64,000 nt of DNA from Polyangiales bacterium (GTDB taxonomy: Bacteria > Myxococcota_A > Polyangia > Polyangiales > Polyangiaceae), in NCBI GenBank assembly GCA_038231275.1, contig JBBRLQ010000004.1, forward strand, positions 288,001 through 352,000, given 5' to 3'. Positions 30,062 through 38,138 of the stretch are shown here, one piece after another. Made by a program: the position numbers and the translations under genes. The notes below the pieces were generated by a model. The model made no database searches. It saw only the letters and a program-made list of their open reading frames with translations, and was not told where the DNA came from. Within the stretch, counting starts at the first letter, position 1; every line of letters starts with the position of its first letter.

Positions 30062-31345
30062 ATGCGGCTCATGCGGTCGGTCCCGGCACTTCTCCTCGGC
30101 GCGCTCGTCGCGGCCTGCGGATCGTCGCCGGAGCAGGCCCCCGTGCCGTACATCGCCGAGAAGCTTCCGTGGGCCCACGCACCAATCGCGCCGGCTCTGA
30201 CCGTCAAGGCCGCCCGCGCGACGAAGCTCTGCCAGCTGATCGGCGATCACGATCTGGCGCGTGACAAGGGCATCGCCAACCACACTTCGGACCGCTTCGG
30301 CGTCCTCGGAACCGATCTCGGCATCTCGGTCGAGCGCGACGGCGAGATTGCGTTTCTGTTCGGCGACACCTGGAACCGCGGCGATCTCGTTCGGACGTTC
30401 GGCACCGACTCGTTCGCGACGCTACCCGTCGGCTCGAAGGCGATGGACGCGTGCTGCCACCTCACCTTCGCGCGCGATCCGAAGGACGGCGGCTTCGCGG
30501 GCATCACGCTCGACGGCCGTGTCTTGCCGGCCTTCGAGGTCCCGACCGGCGCCTACGCGACCGCGCACCACCTCTACGCGTTCTTCACCGTCGCCGACGC
30601 TGCCGGGCACACGATCGGCGATCGCGGCGGCCACGGAGTCCTGGCGCGCTCGAACGGCGACGAGCACTTCGAGACCGTGCGCGACGTGTCGGCCGACGGC
30701 GAGCGCTTCAACATGGTGTCGGCGGCGACCGTCGCGGGCGGCACCTACGCGGACCTTCCCGGCGACTGGGCGTCGCGCGATCTCGTCCTCGCGTACGGCA
30801 CGGGGCACTACCGCGAGAGCTTCCCGCGCCTCGCCCTCGCGCAAGCCAACCACCCGGACCAGGCGTGGCTCTACTTCGCGGGGTTCGACGCGAACGGCGG
30901 CCCTGAATTTTCGGTGAGCGAAGAGAGCGCGATGCCGCTCTTCCCCGATCACGCGACCCAAGCGTGCGTCGGCGAGATGAGCGTCGCGTGGGCACCGCAC
31001 GTCGCGCAGTGGCTCATGACGTACAACTGTCGCGGTAAGATCCTGATGCGCGCGGCGCCAAAGCCGTGGGGGCCGTGGTCGCAGTCGACGGTGATCTTCG
31101 ACAAAAAGGCGTCCGAGTCGGCGGGAGTTCTCCATAGGCCATGCGCGCGGTTCGCGGCGCCGTGCGACGACGCGAGCTTCTCGCCGCAGTTCGGCGGTGA
31201 CGTCGCGGGCGATCCCTACGCGCCGTACATGGTCCCGCGCCTCTTCTCGTCGGACGCGCCGGGCGAGGAGCGCGTCGTCTTCACGATGTCGACGTGGAAC
31301 CCGTACACGACGCAGCTGATGGAAGCGAAGATCACGCTCCAGTAG
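30062..31345 (+). CDS. DUF4185 (GH183-like) lipoprotein
   Basis: Lipobox VAAC; GTDLG, FLFGDT, PTG, VGEMSV.W, PWGPWS, YAPY and MSTWNPY motifs characteristic of DUF4185. Confidence 0.75.
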   Translation: MRLMRSVPALLLGALVAACGSSPEQAPVPYIAEKLPWAHAPIAPALTVKAARATKLCQLIGDHDLARDKGIANHTSDRFGVLGTDLGISVERDGEIAFLFGDTWNRGDLVRTFGTDSFATLPVGSKAMDACCHLTFARDPKDGGFAGITLDGRVLPAFEVPTGAYATAHHLYAFFTVADAAGHTIGDRGGHGVLARSNGDEHFETVRDVSADGERFNMVSAATVAGGTYADLPGDWASRDLVLAYGTGHYRESFPRLALAQANHPDQAWLYFAGFDANGGPEFSVSEESAMPLFPDHATQACVGEMSVAWAPHVAQWLMTYNCRGKILMRAAPKPWGPWSQSTVIFDKKASESAGVLHRPCARFAAPCDDASFSPQFGGDVAGDPYAPYMVPRLFSSDAPGEERVVFTMSTWNPYTTQLMEAKITLQ

Positions 31346-31356
31346 CGCGCGACCGA

Positions 31357-33417
31357 TCAGCGAGCGTCGGCCGAGACGACGAGGATGTCGCCCGCTTCGA
31401 GCGCGTCGGCTACGAGATCGGCACGCTCGACGCGCACGAAGCCCGCCGCGCGCTCGCGCCACACGAACACGCGCGCGTCCGGCGCGACTCCCGCGGCGGC
31501 GAGCGTGGCCGCGGCCGTGCCGACCGGGAGCTCCGCGACGCGCGGCGCGTCTCCCGCGACGACGACCGTGCTCGGTGGCGGCGCGACGCGCACGACGCGG
31601 AGGCCGGCACTCTCACGCCCCGCCTTGCCGAGCTCTGCGGAGAGGGCCGCGCGCGCCTCGTCCTCCGTGAGCCCTCCGACGTCGACCTTCGCGACTCCCG
31701 GCAGCGCGACGAGCCCCTCCTCATCCACGGCGTACGCCCCGGCGAGCGGCGCGGCGATTCCGGACAGCGCGACGTGTTCGAGCGGCCGCACGCGATCGAG
31801 ACGCACCGGCGATTCGGTGAAGCGTCCCGACCGGTGTACCGTCTTCGGCATCTCGTGCGCGAAGCGGCGAAGCGCGACGATAACGTCCGGATAGGTCGCC
31901 GGATCGGTGGCGTAGATCGAGACCGTGGGGAACGCCGGCGAGCGGTTGTTCTCGATGCGCCACCGCCCGACGCGAAGCCACCGCGCGGGGAACCCCTCAG
32001 TAAACCACTCGTCGTAGACGATCGCGACCTTCACGCCCGCGCTCAGGCGCTGGATGTCGGCCGGCTTCGGCTGCGTGTCGAGGCTCATCCCCTTCACGCG
32101 CGCCATGTCGAGCGACGCGAGGCCCATGAGATCGAGCATCGGCTCGTCGCCTAGCCACGCAACGGCGCCGATGTCGTTCACCGCGACGCGATCTTTCGGG
32201 AAATACTCGGCCAGAAAACGTGCACTCTGCATCTGTTGTTCGAAGATGTTCCGGCACGCGGTGGGCGTCTGATCGTCGGCGCGCGCAGCGCGAACGCGCA
32301 GCGGCATGGCGAAGAGGAAGACGACGAGCACCGCCGCAGCCCCCGTCACCGGCGCCGCGCGCAGCTTCGCGACGATGTCCCGCGGCGCCGGCAGGAGCGA
32401 GCCCAGCGCCAACGCGGAGAAGAGAATGCCGGTGGCGAGCAGGTAGGACTCGTAGCGGAAGAACCATCCGACGCTCGCGAGCTCGAGATGCATCAGGGTC
32501 ATGCCGGTGGTGATCCCGAGGGCGAGACCCAACGCCGACAGCGCGCGCCCGCGCGTGATCAAGAACCCGAGCAGCGCGCACGCGAGGACGACGGCCAGCA
32601 CGGCGCCTTCGGTCCCGAGGCGGTCCATCAGATCAACGCCGAGCACGTCGCCGAGGTGCGACCAGTCGAGGTGACGACCCTTGAGCACCACCGGCGTCGG
32701 CAAGAAAAGCCCGCCCTTCGCCTTTGCGTACGCTCCGAAGAGGAAGATCGGCGCCGCGCCCACCGCCGACACGATCGCCCCCTCCTTGAAGCGCCCTCGA
32801 CGCCACGCGATGAGCGCGACCAGCGCCACCGGGAACGCCCCTTCGTACCGCCACAAGGTCGTCGCCGCCGCGCACAAGGCGACGGGCCACACGCGCCCGC
32901 GCTCGTCCTTCGCCAGCCACGCGCTCGCCATCGCGACGAACGCGATCGTCGCGGTCGCGTGCGCGGTGTGCTCCATCCCGAGCACTACGACCGTAGGCAG
33001 CGGCGTGAGCACCACCACCGCGAGCCCGGCGAGGAGCCGCCCGAGCGGCGTGACCTCCGGCAGCACGCGCCGCGCCGCCCGATCGGCGATGAACAAGAGC
33101 GCCACGCCGCACACGAGGTTGATGGCCAAGGGCAGCCACGCGTGCACGCCAAAAATCTTCATGGCGAGCGCGAGCAAGAGCGGCCAGCCGATCGACGACG
33201 ACGCCGCGGTAAACTCCCGCGCCGAGACCCCGTACACCCCGTCGAGCGCGATGTGCTTTGCCAGCGCGAGGTGAATGAAGGCGTCGTCGACGGGATACGA
33301 GATCACGCCGCCGGTGTGCCGCAGCGCCGCCTTGTACATAAGCGCGACGTGCGCCGAGAGCACCGCCGCGGGGAGCACGGGTACCCACGACGAGAGCTTG
33401 CTCCACGCGGTCGTCAC
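31357..33417 (-). CDS. GT-C-like membrane glycosyltransferase with C-terminal Wza-like polysaccharide-export/SLBB domain
   Basis: VDDAFIH, LGMEH, RYEG, RYESY and DIGA...DLMGL motifs; C-terminus YAVDEEGLVALPGVAKVDVGGLTEDEA...LEAGDILVV. Confidence 0.65.
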   Translation of the reverse strand: MTTAWSKLSSWVPVLPAAVLSAHVALMYKAALRHTGGVISYPVDDAFIHLALAKHIALDGVYGVSAREFTAASSSIGWPLLLALAMKIFGVHAWLPLAINLVCGVALLFIADRAARRVLPEVTPLGRLLAGLAVVVLTPLPTVVVLGMEHTAHATATIAFVAMASAWLAKDERGRVWPVALCAAATTLWRYEGAFPVALVALIAWRRGRFKEGAIVSAVGAAPIFLFGAYAKAKGGLFLPTPVVLKGRHLDWSHLGDVLGVDLMDRLGTEGAVLAVVLACALLGFLITRGRALSALGLALGITTGMTLMHLELASVGWFFRYESYLLATGILFSALALGSLLPAPRDIVAKLRAAPVTGAAAVLVVFLFAMPLRVRAARADDQTPTACRNIFEQQMQSARFLAEYFPKDRVAVNDIGAVAWLGDEPMLDLMGLASLDMARVKGMSLDTQPKPADIQRLSAGVKVAIVYDEWFTEGFPARWLRVGRWRIENNRSPAFPTVSIYATDPATYPDVIVALRRFAHEMPKTVHRSGRFTESPVRLDRVRPLEHVALSGIAAPLAGAYAVDEEGLVALPGVAKVDVGGLTEDEARAALSAELGKAGRESAGLRVVRVAPPPSTVVVAGDAPRVAELPVGTAAATLAAAGVAPDARVFVWRERAAGFVRVERADLVADALEAGDILVVSADAR

Positions 33418-35486
33418 GGAGCGCGCTCCAGGTCCAGCACCACCATACCAGCCTCGTCGTGGAGGTGCTTCCGTGACGCTCCCAGTGCGGCCAGATTGTC
33501 GATGACGTCAACGAAGTATGGCGCGTAGATGCGCCAGATTTCTTCCGGATCGTACGCGTGATCGAGCCACACGCTTCGGCGGTACTGGAACGTCGAGTGC
33601 TCGGACTCGACGTACGCGACGTACCGGATCCCCAGTCCCGCGAAATAGGCGGCAAGCGGCTCGGGTCCGGAGAAGCAGGGGAGACTCGGGGGCGGGCTGG
33701 AGGCGCCGGGCATGTCGAGGTTCCACACCTCGTTCCGACCGAAGTCCAAATAAAATGGCTGATCGACCATCACAAGAAGGCGAGCGCCTGCAGGCACGGC
33801 CTCCTGGATGCGGCGGTAGGCTCCGGCGATCGGCGGCTCGCGCTGGGGAGGGACCGTTCGACGCATCATCTCGTCGAGATCGCGTAAACGGCCATCGAAC
33901 ATCGTCAGGGTACGTGCCGCGTTGCCCTCGAGACACGCAAGCAGGCCGAAGAGCGCCACGCCCGCGAGAAGAAGCGCACGGAGAGAGGACGACTCGCGCC
34001 ACCGCACGCCGGTCGCCGTCACATGCCACGTCGAGAAGCTCGCGGCGGCGAGAAAGCCGTGGTCGTAGCGCGCGAGATCCACGACGTTCGAGAGGCTGAA
34101 CCCCCACGCGAGGAACACGACGGAAACCAGTCCGGCGACCCAGGCGCTGACGAGGACCCGCCGCGACGACGCCTCCCGCAACGACAGGCCAACGAACGCG
34201 AGGAGCGGGATCGTGGATATCGGCTCGGTGGAGAACCAGATCTTGACGCAGAACCGGGCGACTTTGCCGACGGTCATTCCCTCGGCCTGCATCCGCAGCC
34301 CGGCGCGAAACGTCCCTCGCACAACGGGAAAGAGAAACGTCAGATTGGATCGGTAGAGGAGGACGAGCCACGGCGCGACGAGCAAGGCGGTCAAAACCAG
34401 CGCCACGATCGGCTCCACTAGGCGCGCGCGAAACGGCCGCCGCACACGCGAGAGCGCGAACCCATACGAGAGGAGGACGACGAGCGCGACCGTCACCTGG
34501 TAGTTCTGCCGTAAGGTGCACGTTGCCGCGCTGACCAACGCCAGCGGCAGCGTGCGGCGCACCGCCGCGCGCACGTCCGTCGACAGCGTGTCCGGCATCG
34601 CGTCGAGCGTCTGCACGAGAGCCAGAAAGAAGACGACGCCCGAGACGAAGCTTGCCGTGTTGATGCTCGTGTTGGGAAGACACACGAAGAAGAGAACGCT
34701 CACGATCCGCACGAGAGTGGGAACCTTGGCGCCACGGATGCGGTGGGTGGCGAGCAACCCGACCACGAGCAGCAGGCACACGCCGCGGTCGAAGACGTTC
34801 AGGTGCTCGACGCCGATTCGCGCCAGGAGCATCGCGTGGAAGAGTGCCTGCCCGCCGAGCGTGCTCATGCGGCGGAAGCTGAACGGATCGAGGAGCGTGC
34901 CGCGCTCGAGGAGCTGCTTGGCGAAGGGGTAGTAGGAGATGTCGTCGTCGAACGGGTTCGAGGAGACGTCACTGGCGCCGCCGAGGTAGAGGACTGCAAT
35001 GGCGATTGCCACGAAGGTGACGATCGCCGCGAGTGGAGGATGCGCGCGCATCGCACGAAATCGCGCGCGGAGCTCGTGGACGAGGATGACCCGCGCCACA
35101 GGGCGGCTCCAGGTCCAGCCGAGCACGAGGTGGCCGCCCGCTACCGACAAGAGGAGCAACGGCCGCGAGATCATGTCGACGCTCGCGAGGACGCCGCCAG
35201 CACACACCATCGCGCTCGCGCCCCACACCGCAGAGAGCGGCAACGACACGCGCTGCGTCGGCCAGCACGCGCGCGCGACGAGGGAGCCCCACCCCGCGAA
35301 GGCGCAGAGCAACGCGAGGCCCCACACGCTTGTGCGCACGAGCTCGTCCTTCGGCAGCCATCCTAGGAAGGGCACGCCGTAGAGCGCCGCGAGCGCCGCG
35401 CAAAGGACAGCCGCGACGACCTTTCCGTCGCGCTGGGTCCGTCGCGCCCGCAGTCTCTCCAACGTCGCGGCGCCCGCGGCGGTCAT
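33414..35486 (-). CDS. Large polytopic membrane protein, probable GT-C-like
   Basis: PFDDDISYY...DPFSFRR..LGGQ; many TMs; C-terminal GIRYVAY soluble domain. ATG at 35486 is coupled to the upstream stop. Confidence 0.55.
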   Translation of the reverse strand: MTAAGAATLERLRARRTQRDGKVVAAVLCAALAALYGVPFLGWLPKDELVRTSVWGLALLCAFAGWGSLVARACWPTQRVSLPLSAVWGASAMVCAGGVLASVDMISRPLLLLSVAGGHLVLGWTWSRPVARVILVHELRARFRAMRAHPPLAAIVTFVAIAIAVLYLGGASDVSSNPFDDDISYYPFAKQLLERGTLLDPFSFRRMSTLGGQALFHAMLLARIGVEHLNVFDRGVCLLLVVGLLATHRIRGAKVPTLVRIVSVLFFVCLPNTSINTASFVSGVVFFLALVQTLDAMPDTLSTDVRAAVRRTLPLALVSAATCTLRQNYQVTVALVVLLSYGFALSRVRRPFRARLVEPIVALVLTALLVAPWLVLLYRSNLTFLFPVVRGTFRAGLRMQAEGMTVGKVARFCVKIWFSTEPISTIPLLAFVGLSLREASSRRVLVSAWVAGLVSVVFLAWGFSLSNVVDLARYDHGFLAAASFSTWHVTATGVRWRESSSLRALLLAGVALFGLLACLEGNAARTLTMFDGRLRDLDEMMRRTVPPQREPPIAGAYRRIQEAVPAGARLLVMVDQPFYLDFGRNEVWNLDMPGASSPPPSLPCFSGPEPLAAYFAGLGIRYVAYVESEHSTFQYRRSVWLDHAYDPEEIWRIYAPYFVDVIDNLAALGASRKHLHDEAGMVVLDLERAP

Positions 35487-36052
35487 TCGTTCGAGCCGAT
35501 CGGCTTCCAAAGGAACCCCGTCGTCGAGAAGCCGAGATCGCGCAGCTCGCCGGGAGGGCGCGCGGTGTTAGCGACGGTGATCGCGAGATCGACCCACTCG
35601 GAGCTTGCGAGGAGCCATCTAGGGACGCGGAGCGTCTGCACGAACGAATGGTTCGGTGGTTCGAGCCGCGCGAGCACGTGCCCATTCACCGCGAACTCCA
35701 TGTGGCAAGAACGAAAGCCCACGTGCTCCCAGGGCACCCAACCGTGGATCTGGAGCTCCATGTCTTGGAGCGGCTGATTCATCGGCTTGGTGCGCAGCCG
35801 CACGATGCCGCGCTTGCCCATCCATCGCCACGCGCCGCCGGTCTTGGGATCGTTCTCGATGCCGTGCCAGCCGTCGTAAAAGACGAGGTCGGGCGAGCCG
35901 TTGAGGACGTCGCGGAGGACCATCTGGCCCTCGACCGCCTTTGCGCGCGTCCACGCAGGGCGCGTCATCCGGTCCTGGTCCACCGACTCGCCGCAGCCCG
36001 CGACGGCGGCGGCCAGCAAGGCGATGACCAGCGGAAAGCGAGGCTGCCCCAT
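35483..36052 (-). CDS. Lipoprotein with beta-sandwich/carbohydrate-binding-like domain
   Basis: Lipobox VAGC; YDGWHGIE...WRWM...VNG...RDLG pattern. Confidence 0.6.
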   Translation of the reverse strand: MGQPRFPLVIALLAAAVAGCGESVDQDRMTRPAWTRAKAVEGQMVLRDVLNGSPDLVFYDGWHGIENDPKTGGAWRWMGKRGIVRLRTKPMNQPLQDMELQIHGWVPWEHVGFRSCHMEFAVNGHVLARLEPPNHSFVQTLRVPRWLLASSEWVDLAITVANTARPPGELRDLGFSTTGFLWKPIGSNE

Positions 36053-36062
36053 AGCTGCGGTC

Positions 36063-36815
36063 TCAGCGGCCCATGCCCCAGACCTCGCCCGTCACCCACG
36101 TCGCGTCCAAGAGCGCGAGGACGACGTGCACGACCTCCTCCGCTGTGCCGAATCGGCCGAGGAGCGAGCGCGTCGCGAGGCGGTGGGTTCGGAGCGGATC
36201 CTTGTCGGCCTCGGGGTCGGCGACGATGCCGAGCTGGACGACGTTGACGCGCACGTCCGGCGCCAGCTCCGCAGCGAGCGCGCGAAGGCCCGTTTGCACA
36301 GCGCCCTTCGCGACGAGGTAGGCGACATGGTTCGTGTACGGCTTGGTGGTGCCCGCGTCGCCGAGCGCCACGACGGCTCCCTTCGCGCGCGCGAGATCTC
36401 CGGACAGCGCGTGCACCAAGAGAAGAGGCGCGACGGCGTGGACCGTGAAAGTGCGCTCGAGATCCTCACGCCGGAGCTCATCGAACGGGGTCCGCGGGAA
36501 GGGGCCGCACGCGAGGACCACGTCGTCGATGGGGCCAATCCCGTTCTGGAGGCCGGCCACGATGCGCTCGACGGCGTCAGGGTGGGAGAGATCCGACGTG
36601 ACGAACGGCGGCGGCCTCTCCCCCTCGCCCGACTTGCCGGCGCTAGCAACCTTGCCGAGCTCCGCCGACAACGCCGCGAGCTTGTTGGGATCACGCGCCG
36701 TCAGGACGACCTTGTCCCCGCGCGCCACGAGCGCGTGCGCGATCGCCACACCTAGCCGGCCCGTGGCCCCGACGACGAGGATCGTGCGTCCGTGCGCGGC
36801 GCTGGGCGGGACCAT
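36063..36815 (-). CDS. SDR oxidoreductase (pteridine-reductase-like)
   Basis: VVGATGRLG, YLVAK (YxxxK), LAPDVRVN, VTGE. Confidence 0.8.
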   Translation of the reverse strand: MVPPSAAHGRTILVVGATGRLGVAIAHALVARGDKVVLTARDPNKLAALSAELGKVASAGKSGEGERPPPFVTSDLSHPDAVERIVAGLQNGIGPIDDVVLACGPFPRTPFDELRREDLERTFTVHAVAPLLLVHALSGDLARAKGAVVALGDAGTTKPYTNHVAYLVAKGAVQTGLRALAAELAPDVRVNVVQLGIVADPEADKDPLRTHRLATRSLLGRFGTAEEVVHVVLALLDATWVTGEVWGMGR

Positions 36816-36946
36816 CCACTTTCCTATACCGCGCTCGCCCGGCCAGGTGAGCGCAAAACGAGGGGGGCCCGGTGGTCCGACCCCACGGCAACCATGCGCA
36901 TTTGCGTAGGCACTCGGGCGAAAACTCGACTACGTATGAGGAGAAG

Positions 36947-37246
36947 ATGAGCGACAAGCGCTCCCCGAATGACTCGGTTACTTCCGGCGACACGTCGCCC
37001 GGCGCGATCCCGCACGTCTTGAGCGACGCCGACGTGACCAAGCTATGGGACCGCTTCAAGGGGGGCTTCGTGGTCCGATGCCCGAAGGACGACGCGCCGC
37101 TGGCACTCGCCGTCGACGGCGCCGCCAAGAGCTACCGCCTCGTGTGCACGCGATGTGGAAACGCGTCGCTCTGGTTCGAGACCAACGGCGGCGTCATCCA
37201 AGTGCGCAACGCCGACGAGCCCGTCGGCCCCGGCGCCGACGACTGA
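36947..37246 (+). CDS. Small putative zinc-ribbon protein
   Basis: GAGGAG RBS before ATG 36947; CPKD...CTRCG. Confidence 0.6.
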   Translation: MSDKRSPNDSVTSGDTSPGAIPHVLSDADVTKLWDRFKGGFVVRCPKDDAPLALAVDGAAKSYRLVCTRCGNASLWFETNGGVIQVRNADEPVGPGADD

Positions 37247-37323
37247 ATCGAAACGCGACTTGCGTCGCGGCTGAAACCGCGCGCGCCGCGTAGCCACCTT
37301 GACAGGATCGTCCGTCGTACCCA

Positions 37324-37346
37324 AATAGAGTACTAGATACTCTTTT
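37324..37346. promoter_or_regulatory. Putative NrtR operator AAtAGAGTActagaTACTCTtTT (core GT-N7-AC), downstream of a TTGACA at 37299-37304
   Basis: AT-rich palindrome with arms AGAGTA/TACTCT, 10-30 bp before the PP2C start; GT at 37330-31 and AC at 37339-40 are separated by 7 nt; an nrtR gene ends the operon. Confidence 0.7.
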
Positions 37347-37355
37347 CGAGGTACG

Positions 37356-38138
37356 ATGTCATACCCCCTCCCCCCCTCCAACTTCGCCGCGCTCGGCGGC
37401 TCCGTGATCGGAAGCGATCATCGGCGCGCGCTGCGGAACAATCAGGACGGCCTCGCGTTCGCGAGCGACGACGGCTTCATCGTCGCCGTCGTGACCGACG
37501 GGTGCTCGTCGGGGCGGGCCAGCGAGGTCGGCGCGCGGCTCGGCGCGGCGTACCTCGCGGCGCGGACGCTCGACGTCGCTCCCCGCGCGCTGGACGCGCA
37601 GGCGACGGCGTCGAGCGTGGCGGCGGCGGTGACGGAATGGTTGGACGATGTCGCCTCTGCGTTCGGCGCGCGCCGAAAAGACGCGATCGCGGACATGCTC
37701 CTCTTCACGTTCCTCGTGGCGGTCGTCGGCCCCACGCGCGCGTTCGTCTTCGGCGTCGGCGACGGCGTCGTATCACTCAACGGGCTCACCCTGGCGCTCG
37801 ATGCCGGGCCCGACAACGCGCCCGCCTACGCCGCGTACGGTCTCCTCGGCGCCGCGCCGCCCCCGATCGTCCACGTCGACGTCCCGACGCCGCTCGTCCG
37901 CTCCCTCGCCATCGCGACCGACGGCGCCCTCGATCTCCTCGCGCGCGCCGACGAAGCGCTCGACGGCGGCGCCCCGCAGCGCGGGCTCGACCAGTTCGAG
38001 GACGATCCCGTCTACCTCAAGAACCCGTCGCTCCTCCAGAAGCGCCTCGTCGTCATCGGCGAGCGCAACGCTCGACTTCGGGACGACACGACCGTCGCCC
38101 TCGTACGCCGAAGGGATGTGCCGCCGTGCGTGTCGTGA
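37356..38138 (+). CDS. PP2C-like protein phosphatase (TerY-P triad type)
   Basis: GSDH...NNQDG, VVTDGCSSG, GVGDG, IATDG, DDTTV. Confidence 0.85.
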   Translation: MSYPLPPSNFAALGGSVIGSDHRRALRNNQDGLAFASDDGFIVAVVTDGCSSGRASEVGARLGAAYLAARTLDVAPRALDAQATASSVAAAVTEWLDDVASAFGARRKDAIADMLLFTFLVAVVGPTRAFVFGVGDGVVSLNGLTLALDAGPDNAPAYAAYGLLGAAPPPIVHVDVPTPLVRSLAIATDGALDLLARADEALDGGAPQRGLDQFEDDPVYLKNPSLLQKRLVVIGERNARLRDDTTVALVRRRDVPPCVS

